Program-made: the position numbers and the translations under genes
Notes under the pieces: model-generated
Databases searched by the model: none
What the model was told of the DNA's origin: nothing
Seen by the model: only the letters and a program-made list of their open reading frames with translations
From: Deltaproteobacteria bacterium
Lineage (GTDB): Bacteria > SAR324 > NAC60-12
DNA: 36,162 bases
Direction of reading: 5' to 3'
Assembly (NCBI GenBank): GCA_011522845.1
Contig: WTIF01000060.1
Coordinates: forward strand, 1-36,162
Shown: positions 18,780 to 26,675 of the stretch, in pieces
Position numbering within the stretch: the first letter of the stretch is position 1
Layout: every line of letters begins with the position of its first letter

Positions 18780-18944
18780 AGGCTGCAAAATCAAATGACG
18801 ATAAAAAGGCTATCTGGAGAAAACAAGATGAAAGTCGATTGCTAGCAGAGCTTTTGTCCGGCTTTCAGCTTGCAAACAAAGCTGAAGTTGACTGTAATTA
18901 TCAGTTTTTTGCTCCAACTCTCTCTTCTGTACTTCTCGGTAATT

Positions 18945-20846
18945 ATGATTCAGGACTTGCGCAAATACACCGACAGTTTTCTGTTCAAGCTGTTGCTGGG
19001 TTTCATCAGTGTCACCTTTGTCATTTCCTTTGGAATGGGCTCTTTTTTTGGCGATCGTAAGGAAGTGATCGCCCGAGTCGATGAAACGGAGATTCTACAA
19101 CGGGACTTCCAGCGCATGTATGGTCAGCAACTCGAGTCGCTACGTCAGCGGCTGGGAGAAAATGCTGACCAGATTGCTCAACAGGTAAATTTGCGACAGC
19201 AGGTATTCCAGCAACTGATCGATCGACAGTTGCTACTCAATATGGCCGAGAGTCTCAATCTGCGTGCCACAGATTTGGAGGTGCAGGAATACATCCGTCA
19301 GCAACCATATTTTCAGAAAAATGGTCAATTTGACTTTGAAACTTACGAAACTCTGCTCAGTCAAAATCGACTACCTACGGAAGATTACGAAGAATCCGTA
19401 CGTTTAGATCTGCTTCTCCAGAAAAAACAGCAGTTACTGACAGCTGGGATTATCATCAGTGAAAGAGATGTGGAGCAACGATTCCAACTGCAGAATGAAA
19501 AGTTGGAAGTGCGAACACTGCAGCTCTTGCCGCAGGTCTTTCTGGACGAAGTGAGTGTTAGCGAGGAGCAGGCTCAGCAATATCATCAAGAAAATCCTGA
19601 TGAATTCCAGACATTGCCACGTTACCGTTTGGCCTACTTTACTTTGGGGATCAATGACCTGACGAAGGTAGAAGATGTTCGTGAACGAGCTGTACGTCGC
19701 TACTATGAGCGAAACATTGAAACGTACACGACCCCACCAGAAGTGCGTGCTCGGCATATCTTGCTTCGCGTGCCCGGTGATGCCGATGATGCAGCCAAAG
19801 CCGAACGGCGCCAACAACTGCAGGAGGTCCGCGAACGTATTGTGGATGGAGCAGACTTCGCAGAAGAGGCGAAAGAGGTCTCTCAAGACATGACTAAGGA
19901 AAAAGGAGGAGACCTTGGTTGGTTCAAGCCAGGTGAGATGGTTCCAGCATTCGAAAGTGCTGCCTTTGGACTGCAACCAGGCGAAATGAGCGATATCGTT
20001 GAATCTCCCTTTGGTCTTCATTTGATCAAAGTGGAAGAGCGTCGTGAAGGAGGTCAACAACCGATCGAAGAAGTCCGTGAGGAAATTGTGGCAATCCTGG
20101 CAGAGGAAATGGCGCAGCGGGAATTGGAAGAAGCCAGAGATACCTTTCGGGCAACTTTTAGTGAAAAATCAATTAGTGACTGGGCTTCTCAGTATGGGAA
20201 AACTGCTCAGGAGAGTGAATGGTTGGACAGCAGCAGCACACCAGACGACCTAGGATCCGTTCAAGGATTGGCTCAACAGGCCAATGAGTTGCAGCCAAAA
20301 GATCATGAGGTGTGGACTCGTAATCCTCTCCAAGGCTATGTGTTTTACCAGATTCAGGAGAAGCAGGATTCACAAGTTCGACCTTTTGAGGAAGTCCGTG
20401 AGGTAGCAACCACTCAAATGCAAGAGAAGCTCGCTCGTGAATTGGCACAGCAAAAAGGAGCAGATTGGTTGACAGAATTGCAGAGTGAGCCAGCCGCACT
20501 GGAGCGGATTGCTGAAGAACTCGAGTTAGAAGTTGCTACGATTGCCTTCAATGCTTCAACGAGGTTCCTCCCAGAAATTGGAGACAACCCAGAGTTCCGG
20601 AAACTGAGCCTGAAACTAGATGACTCCAACCCAGCTGCTGTTAGTGTTTATGAGGGTCGCACAGACTTGATCGTCTTCAATCGACGGTTTGTGGATGTGG
20701 AGGATCCGGACACGGCTCGCGAGAGAATTCGGACTAACCTACGCCTGGAATTACAGCGTGCCATTGAGACCAAGCAGATTGAAGCATTACGCTCGACTGC
20801 GATGATTGAGGTGGTTGACCCTGTGTTTCGGACAACCGAACCCTAA
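18945..20846 (+). CDS. ppiD: Membrane-anchored periplasmic chaperone / parvulin-type peptidyl-prolyl isomerase (PpiD-like), about 633 aa
   Basis: The N-terminus MIQDLRKYTDSFLFKLLLGFISVTFVISFG is the typical PpiD anchor. A SurA-N-like region follows, then the parvulin core ARHILLRV...GGDLGWFKPGEMVPAFESAAF...SPFGLHLIKV. I moved the start to ATG 18945. Confidence 0.8.
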   Translation: MIQDLRKYTDSFLFKLLLGFISVTFVISFGMGSFFGDRKEVIARVDETEILQRDFQRMYGQQLESLRQRLGENADQIAQQVNLRQQVFQQLIDRQLLLNMAESLNLRATDLEVQEYIRQQPYFQKNGQFDFETYETLLSQNRLPTEDYEESVRLDLLLQKKQQLLTAGIIISERDVEQRFQLQNEKLEVRTLQLLPQVFLDEVSVSEEQAQQYHQENPDEFQTLPRYRLAYFTLGINDLTKVEDVRERAVRRYYERNIETYTTPPEVRARHILLRVPGDADDAAKAERRQQLQEVRERIVDGADFAEEAKEVSQDMTKEKGGDLGWFKPGEMVPAFESAAFGLQPGEMSDIVESPFGLHLIKVEERREGGQQPIEEVREEIVAILAEEMAQRELEEARDTFRATFSEKSISDWASQYGKTAQESEWLDSSSTPDDLGSVQGLAQQANELQPKDHEVWTRNPLQGYVFYQIQEKQDSQVRPFEEVREVATTQMQEKLARELAQQKGADWLTELQSEPAALERIAEELELEVATIAFNASTRFLPEIGDNPEFRKLSLKLDDSNPAAVSVYEGRTDLIVFNRRFVDVEDPDTARERIRTNLRLELQRAIETKQIEALRSTAMIEVVDPVFRTTEP

Positions 20847-21364
20847 TGTGGAAGCTACTCACCTGTAGCCTAGGGTGTCTGCTTTGGGGAGTTTTTTCAG
20901 TTTGGAGTCAAAATTCCTCACTATCCGATTTGTTTGAAAGCTCTCCAACAACAGATTTGCCAAAGCTGGAAATCCAAGCGGTTTTGGTGCCTGAAATTAT
21001 AACTCCTGGTGCAGAAACGGAGCTTCAAGTTCAGGTTTTCATCCCAGCAGGTTGGCATATCTACTCGATCAAGCCGGCTGGTGAATTTGGCCCAGAACCC
21101 ACCTCGTTGACTATCCTCTCTGGTCACGCAATCGTCACTCCCCTTGAAGAAAGCCCTCCAATTCGTTTTTACGATGAGGCTTTTGCCCAGGAGTTATCTG
21201 TTCATCAGTATGGACTGGAACTCCGCCTACGCATCCGCATTGCTCCCGACCATCCGTCTGGCTATGATGAATTACGTGCACAACTTGCTTACCAAGTTTG
21301 TGACAATCGGATCTGTGCACCACTCCAGACGGAGTTCTTGGCCGCATCTCTGACCATCGAATAG
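20846..21364 (+). CDS. Secreted DsbD N-terminal (DsbC/DsbD-alpha-like) domain protein, 172 aa
   Basis: A signal peptide is present. The diagnostic pattern is IPAGWHIYSIKP...GPEPTSL...YQVCDNRICAP. The ATG overlaps the ppiD stop by 1 nt (TAATG). Confidence 0.7.
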   Translation: MWKLLTCSLGCLLWGVFSVWSQNSSLSDLFESSPTTDLPKLEIQAVLVPEIITPGAETELQVQVFIPAGWHIYSIKPAGEFGPEPTSLTILSGHAIVTPLEESPPIRFYDEAFAQELSVHQYGLELRLRIRIAPDHPSGYDELRAQLAYQVCDNRICAPLQTEFLAASLTIE

Positions 21365-21381
21365 CAAGGAGATTCTCTGTA

Positions 21382-22401
21382 ATGAAAACCGGTGTCTTGC
21401 TGATTAATTTAGGCACTCCGGATGCCCCGGAATCCGGAGCGGTCCGCCGCTACCTTAAGCAGTTTCTGAGTGATGAAAGAGTTTTAGACATCAATCCAAT
21501 TGGGCGCTGGTTGCTGCTGAACTTGATCATTCTGCCGTTTCGATCTCGACGCTCCGCCAAAGCCTATCGCAAGGTTTGGATGCCAGAAGGCTCGCCACTG
21601 CTGGTGTATGGGCAGCAGTTGACCGAAGGAGTCCGACAACACCTCCAAGAATTGGGAACTCCGGTAGTATTGGGAATGCGCTATGGGAATCCCTCAGTTG
21701 GTTCTGCGATTGAACTGTTGCGTGAAGAAGGGTGCGATCGGATTCTCGTACTACCACTGTTTCCACAGTACGCTTCGAGTTCAACCGGTTCTGCGGTGGA
21801 GGAAGCCTACCGAGAAGCATCAAGGCATTGGAATACACCTCATCTACAATTGCTGGAGCCCTTCTACGATGATGAGCGATTCATTGAGGCCTTTGCGGCT
21901 GTTGGTCGGCCTTATTGGGAGCAGCAACCAGATCATGTGCTTTTCAGCTTCCATGGTCTGCCAGAGCGGCACGTACAGAAAAGTGATGACACAGGTGAAT
22001 ACTGTCTCAAGCAGCCCAATTGTTGTGCAACGCTTTGCGATGCGAACCGGATGTGCTATGGCGCCCATTGTCATCGTACTGCGACTCGCTTAGCAGAGAA
22101 ACTCGGTATTCCTCAGGAGAAATACAGTATCAGTTACCAGTCAAGATTAGGACGTACTCCTTGGCTTAAACCCTATACAGATCAGGTGATCGAAGAAATG
22201 CCCAAGCGGGGAATCAAGAGGTTACTGATCTTCTGTCCAGCTTTTGTAGCCGATTGCTTGGAGACGCTGGAAGAGATCGGAATGGAAGCAGTGGAGGACT
22301 TCAAGGAGGCAGGTGGTGAGGACTTACAAATGGTACCTTCGCTCAATAGCAGTCCTCAGTGGGTAGAGGGAGTAGCGAGCCTGCTGCGTGAGAAGCTTTG
22401 A
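21382..22401 (+). CDS. hemH: Ferrochelatase, 339 aa
   Basis: Motifs seen: GVLLINLGTPD, LPLFPQYASSSTGS, FSFHGLPERH and CPAFVADCLETLEEIG. An AAGGAG sequence lies upstream. Confidence 0.95.
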   Translation: MKTGVLLINLGTPDAPESGAVRRYLKQFLSDERVLDINPIGRWLLLNLIILPFRSRRSAKAYRKVWMPEGSPLLVYGQQLTEGVRQHLQELGTPVVLGMRYGNPSVGSAIELLREEGCDRILVLPLFPQYASSSTGSAVEEAYREASRHWNTPHLQLLEPFYDDERFIEAFAAVGRPYWEQQPDHVLFSFHGLPERHVQKSDDTGEYCLKQPNCCATLCDANRMCYGAHCHRTATRLAEKLGIPQEKYSISYQSRLGRTPWLKPYTDQVIEEMPKRGIKRLLIFCPAFVADCLETLEEIGMEAVEDFKEAGGEDLQMVPSLNSSPQWVEGVASLLREKL

Positions 22402-22416
22402 GCAGGCTATGTTGAG

Positions 22417-22872
22417 TCAGAATATTTTTACAGTTGCCTCTGGTACCCAAACTTCTCGATCATCGGAAGAAACCCCGTGAATCCAACCAGAAGTGTATTC
22501 AACGATGCGTAGCCCCATCAAGGCAGGCAGCGTTCCCACCAATTCATGATCTGGCCCTGGTCCGCTGTAGGCTGTGGCCATCGTCTTCAAAACCCCACAG
22601 ATTAAGAAGCCATTGTCAGTGACATACTGATTGTGGACCCAAAAGCGATCTCCTTCGAAATCTTCAACCAAATGCCAGTCGGCGTTGGTATCAACATGCC
22701 GGAGTGGGGTATAGCGTGGTGTGGGCCACGCCATTCCCTTGTCACTAGGAGCCAAATAGAGTTGGGCTCGTTCAGAGAGGACACAGCGAGTTTGGGTGGG
22801 ATACTCGTTGGCTAGAACCGTTACAAGAGCACTGAAACTCAGAAGGCCAAGGAGGAGAAGTTTTTTCAACAT
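22417..22872 (-). CDS. Secreted hypothetical protein with two SH3b-like repeats, about 151 aa
   Basis: The signal peptide is MLKKLLLLGLLSFSALVTVLA, so I moved the start to ATG 22872. The second half fits the bacterial SH3 pattern (AYSGPGPDHELVGTLPALMGLRIVEYTSGWIHGVSSDDREVWVPEATV). The domain call is by eye only. Confidence 0.55.
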   Translation of the reverse strand: MLKKLLLLGLLSFSALVTVLANEYPTQTRCVLSERAQLYLAPSDKGMAWPTPRYTPLRHVDTNADWHLVEDFEGDRFWVHNQYVTDNGFLICGVLKTMATAYSGPGPDHELVGTLPALMGLRIVEYTSGWIHGVSSDDREVWVPEATVKIF

Positions 22873-22986
22873 CCGGGATTCCTCAAAATGAATGGTTCGC
22901 CTGTTGCAGCTTTGAAAAAAGTTAGGCAATGCGACTTAGTTTTTTGGCATGTTGCCGAAAAAATTCAAGATACGTGCTTTTTTTCC

Positions 22987-23013
22987 TAAAGTTTGGCAAT
23001 CGGGAACCGATAA
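22987..23013 (+). promoter_or_regulatory. Sigma-28 (FliA) dependent promoter
   Basis: The sequence reads TAAAGTTT-ggcaatcggga-ACCGATAA, against the consensus TAAAGTTT-N11-GCCGATAA. That is 15 of 16 consensus positions with the exact 11-nt spacer. It lies about 100 nt upstream of ATG 23112. Confidence 0.75.
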
Positions 23014-23111
23014 CAGTAGCAACAAGTTAATTGTGGGAGCTAACCCCGTCTCTCTGTGGAGACGATCTGAAATCTCCCTTCTTTTCTTCCCTTGCTTCCT
23101 CAGGAGTTCCT

Positions 23112-23312
23112 ATGCTGATCAGCAACCTTGTTTTTGAAGATAGTCTGGAAATGCGAATTCAATCCGCAGATTTCGACAGCCGCGTAAACAGCGCTGTGCA
23201 ATCTTTCATGGAAGGTGTTGAGTCCATGCTGGCTCAAGAGCCGGAGCGTCAGCACCCAGCCTATCAGTTCGACCGAGAAATTAGTCCCTCTGAGTGGTTA
23301 GCCCTCGCCTGA
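23112..23312 (+). CDS. Hypothetical acidic small protein, 66 aa, candidate sigma-28 regulon member
   Basis: ATG 23112 lies 6 nt after a consensus AGGAG. The ORF sits downstream of the sigma-28 promoter. The protein is MLISNLVFEDSLEMRIQSADFDSRVNSAVQSFMEGVESMLAQEPERQHPAYQFDREISPSEWLALA. It shows no similarity I can recognise to FlgM, FliS, FlaG or FlgN. The ORF-track start at TTG 23031 is less likely. Confidence 0.5.
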   Translation: MLISNLVFEDSLEMRIQSADFDSRVNSAVQSFMEGVESMLAQEPERQHPAYQFDREISPSEWLALA

Positions 23313-23316
23313 ACCT

Positions 23317-24915
23317 TCAGTAGTTGGCAGCCTGTGGCAGGGTTTCGTCAGACCCTGCCGGGGAATTTGTTGAAGTCGTTTGATATGCATCTGGTAGCCA
23401 GATTTCAAACTGGACACCTCCAGCCTCTAGGTTCTCTGCACGAATCTCTCCTCCGTGTGCTTCTACCATTTTCTTGCTGATCGCTAGTCCAAGGCCAGTC
23501 CCCTTCTCTTTGCCCTCTGTTTGGAAAGAATGAAAAATTACGGGTAGAACTTGTGTCGGAATTGGTGCTCCATTGTCCCTGACTCGAATCAGCAGATTTC
23601 TACGTTCCTGATGCAGCATCACCGTGATGCTTCCTCCTTCTTGCTCTCTGAGTTTCTCCCAAGCATTCTTCACCAGATTGATTAGTACACGACTAATCTT
23701 ACGGCCATCAAATTCAAGCCTTGCATGGATATTCTTAGGATATTTGTATTGAATGTCCATGTCTTCAGCAAAGCCTAGATAAACCTCTAGCTGAGTAATG
23801 AAATCTTCAACTTGGTGCTGAGTTTTGTTGAGCTGCATTTTCCCACGAGCGAACTCAAGAATATCTTCTGTGAGACCAGCAACATTTTTAGAGGCCAATT
23901 CAATCTTACGAATGTGTACTAACGCACGGGCCACTTCCATTGGTTCGAGTGTGGGCTTATCCAACTGCTGAAGAACCAGAGAGGAATAACTCATAATGGA
24001 TCCGTTGGCGTTACCAATATCGTGGCCAAATTCTGCAACGGCATATCCTAATTCAATCAGACGTTGTTCTTGCTGCTTGGCTTTTCGTAGGTCTTCAATT
24101 GTGTTTTCCAGTTGTTGCTTGGATTGCTCAAGAGCTTCAACATTTTCTGTTAATTCCACCTGAACGTTCTGAAACTTCATCCACAAATCTTGTAGAACTG
24201 CAACGCGGAGTTCCAACTCGTTGGGGCGTCGACTGGTGGTTGGAAACTCCATTTCCTGTGTTTCGTTTTCTCGTCGATAGCGCAGAAATTGTCGGCATAG
24301 GAGGTCAATCTGACCCATTGTGTTGCTGGTTTTTAACCAGAGTACCAAAGCTATCGAGGCCACAGCTATCGCTCCACTCAGCAGCATTGCTGCCAACCAA
24401 TCTGGTGGAGGGGGTGGAGGTACTTTTTGTCGGACAACTAACAGACCACGGACTTTATCTAGACCAACTGGCAGGGTTAACAAGATTTGTGAGTCATCAA
24501 GTGGCTGAAAGACTTGGTGGGGCGGTAGGTCGGGGAGGCTAACCTGCGACTGCTTGACCTGACGGTCCAAGTAAAGCAGTTGAACAGCCCCCTGAACTTC
24601 TTGGTCCAGCAGATCTTGAATTGCAAGTTGCTTGGTCGGTTCATCTTGTCCCAACAACTGATTGATCTGCTGTACGAGTTTGTTCAGTGCAGTCAATTGA
24701 GAGACTGGCAGGCTCGGTTGTGCAGGTTCCCAAGTGAACAAAGCCAACTGCAGAGACAAGGAAAGCGCAAAGATTACGGCTGCCAACAGTGAAAGCGGTA
24801 ATTTTCTTAGTCGGCGGGTTCCCAAGCGTCTCTCAGGACGATGGCGTATTGATTTCTGACGTTGAGATGGGGAGAGGAGCTTCCTGCTCTTTGATCGGAG
24901 AGATCGTGATAACAT
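23317..24915 (-). CDS. Membrane sensor histidine kinase, 532 aa, with no adjacent response regulator
   Basis: There is a basic N-terminal tail and two TM segments flanking a periplasmic region of about 130 aa, then a coiled coil. Kinase motifs are the H-box AEFGHDIGNA, N-box LINLVKNAWEK, G1 VRDNGAPIP and G2 GTGLGLAISKKMVEAHGG. Confidence 0.9.
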   Translation of the reverse strand: MLSRSLRSKSRKLLSPSQRQKSIRHRPERRLGTRRLRKLPLSLLAAVIFALSLSLQLALFTWEPAQPSLPVSQLTALNKLVQQINQLLGQDEPTKQLAIQDLLDQEVQGAVQLLYLDRQVKQSQVSLPDLPPHQVFQPLDDSQILLTLPVGLDKVRGLLVVRQKVPPPPPPDWLAAMLLSGAIAVASIALVLWLKTSNTMGQIDLLCRQFLRYRRENETQEMEFPTTSRRPNELELRVAVLQDLWMKFQNVQVELTENVEALEQSKQQLENTIEDLRKAKQQEQRLIELGYAVAEFGHDIGNANGSIMSYSSLVLQQLDKPTLEPMEVARALVHIRKIELASKNVAGLTEDILEFARGKMQLNKTQHQVEDFITQLEVYLGFAEDMDIQYKYPKNIHARLEFDGRKISRVLINLVKNAWEKLREQEGGSITVMLHQERRNLLIRVRDNGAPIPTQVLPVIFHSFQTEGKEKGTGLGLAISKKMVEAHGGEIRAENLEAGGVQFEIWLPDAYQTTSTNSPAGSDETLPQAANY

Positions 24916-24982
24916 ATGTGAAATTCAGATTCTGTTGCATCCATTCAACAAGAATAACCGAAAGTACTAGCCTAACTATGAT

Positions 24983-24998
24983 CGCATTTCAAGTGCCA
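24983..24998 (-). promoter_or_regulatory. Candidate sigma-54 promoter for the sensor kinase gene
   Basis: The minus strand reads TGGCACttgaaaTGCG. The -24 element TGGCAC is perfect, and GC of the -12 element is in the correct register. The -12 GC lies about 70 nt upstream of ATG 24915. Confidence 0.4.
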
Positions 24999-25161
24999 GA
25001 TCATTGAAATTTTTTATTTCATCAAAAATCACTGTATGTGTATGTAGTGATGAAAAGGCTTGTGCTTTGGTCTCTCTCTACGCAATCTAATTTCTTTTCA
25101 TTATGTGCAAAGAAAAGACTGCGGAGAAAATTACCGGGCTCATACCAAAAAAGGATAAAGC

Positions 25162-26463
25162 ATGGCATTTACTGACTACAAAATTGCGAATTTGTCTTTG
25201 GCCGACTGGGGACGCAAAAAAATAACCATTTGGGAAAATGAAATGCCAGGATTAATGGCATTACGCAAAGAATATGGTGAATCCAAGCCTCTGGCTGGTG
25301 CAAAAATCACAGGTTCGTTGCACATGACGATGGAAACAGCGGTTTTGATTGAGACGCTGATTGCCCTCGGAGCAGAAGTTCGTTGGTCTTCCTGCAATAT
25401 TTTCTCAACCCAAGATGAAGCAGCGGCAGCGATTGCCGCACAAGGCATTCCGGTTTTTGCTTGGAAGGGAGAAACTGAGGAGGAATATTGGTGGTGTCTG
25501 GAGCAGACACTCAAGTGGCCAGGAGGCGATGGACCCAACATGTTGTTAGACGATGGGGGTGACCTGACCGGTTATGTGCATGAAAAGGCTCCACATTTGT
25601 TGGATAAGATTCGAGGAGTTTCTGAAGAAACTACGACGGGTGTGCACAGCCTGTATAAGATGTCTCAGGCAGATAAACTGCGTATCCCTGCGATCAACGT
25701 CAATGATTCGGTGACCAAGAGTAAATTCGATAACCTATACGGCTGCCGCGAATCACTGTTGGATGGAATCAAGCGAGCTACAGACGTGATGATCGCTGGC
25801 AAGGTGGCCGTTGTTGCGGGCTATGGGGACGTAGGTAAAGGAAGTGCCCAATCACTCAGGGCACAAGGTGCTCGTGTGATCGTCACGGAGATCGACCCAA
25901 TTTGTGCTTTGCAGGCCGCGATGGAGGGCTTCGAAGTGACTACTATGGAGGATGCTGTTTCACGAGGAGATATCTTCGTTACAACCACCGGTTGCTGCGA
26001 CATCATTCGTCGAGAACATCTAGATGCTATGAAAGACAATACAATTGTCTGCAACATCGGCCACTTTGACATTGAGATTGATGTGAAGTCGCTCAATCAA
26101 GATCCTCACATCAAGAAGATCAATGTACAACCCCAAGTGGACCAGTACGAATGGCCAGATGGAAAGCGCATTATCCTCTTGGCTGAGGGACGCCTAGTGA
26201 ACCTAGGGTGTGCGACAGGACATCCTTCTTTTGTGATGTCTGCAAGCTTTACCAATCAAGTGTTGGCTCAGATCGAACTCTGGCAGAACCATGAAAAATA
26301 CGAAAATCAGGTCTACGTTCTGCCCAAGCAATTAGATGAGAAAGTAGCACGTTTGCACTTGAGTAAGCTTGGAGCCAAGCTCACTGACCTCACACCACAA
26401 CAAGCGGAGTACATGAGCGTCTCAGCAGAAGGTCCATTCAAACCTGCCCACTATCGCTACTAA
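25162..26463 (+). CDS. ahcY: Adenosylhomocysteinase, 433 aa
   Basis: Motifs seen: SEETTTGV, the NAD-binding [21 protein letters not shown] and a C-terminal HYRY. An AAGGA Shine-Dalgarno is present. Confidence 0.95.
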   Translation: MAFTDYKIANLSLADWGRKKITIWENEMPGLMALRKEYGESKPLAGAKITGSLHMTMETAVLIETLIALGAEVRWSSCNIFSTQDEAAAAIAAQGIPVFAWKGETEEEYWWCLEQTLKWPGGDGPNMLLDDGGDLTGYVHEKAPHLLDKIRGVSEETTTGVHSLYKMSQADKLRIPAINVNDSVTKSKFDNLYGCRESLLDGIKRATDVMIAGKVAVVAGYGDVGKGSAQSLRAQGARVIVTEIDPICALQAAMEGFEVTTMEDAVSRGDIFVTTTGCCDIIRREHLDAMKDNTIVCNIGHFDIEIDVKSLNQDPHIKKINVQPQVDQYEWPDGKRIILLAEGRLVNLGCATGHPSFVMSASFTNQVLAQIELWQNHEKYENQVYVLPKQLDEKVARLHLSKLGAKLTDLTPQQAEYMSVSAEGPFKPAHYRY

Positions 26464-26478
26464 GTCTTCCGTCTCTCT

Positions 26479-26510
26479 GCTTGGTTACCCTGAACGATGG
26501 GTAGCCAAGC
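26479..26510 (+). terminator. Stem-loop downstream of ahcY (12-bp stem GCTTGGTTACCC/GGGTAGCCAAGC with one G-U pair, 8-nt loop)
   Basis: An inverted repeat lies 16 nt after the ahcY stop. The following tract, TCATTTCAAC, is only weakly U-rich. Confidence 0.5.
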
Positions 26511-26675
26511 TCATTTCAACAGTGCAACCTCTTCCCTGAATTCTTCAGACCTAAGAAAAGTTCCCCGTCTTCTTTCTTTACTGATATCAACAAACTGCCT
26601 TGCATCAGACCTCTTTTTTGACAAGACTTGGGAGCCATTCCATCCTCTTTGTCAATCCTGCAGCAGCAGTTCCCC

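Noticed and set aside
22949-23137. A 62-aa ORF, and the TTG-23031 extension of the small ORF, both lying across the sigma-28 promoter region.
   Set aside because: Both would start upstream of, or essentially at, the predicted TSS, and neither has a Shine-Dalgarno. ATG 23112 with AGGAG is the better start.
24916-25161. An SAH riboswitch upstream of ahcY.
   Set aside because: The 246-bp region is AT-rich. It lacks the GC-rich pseudoknotted core expected for the SAH element, and I found no convincing stem set.
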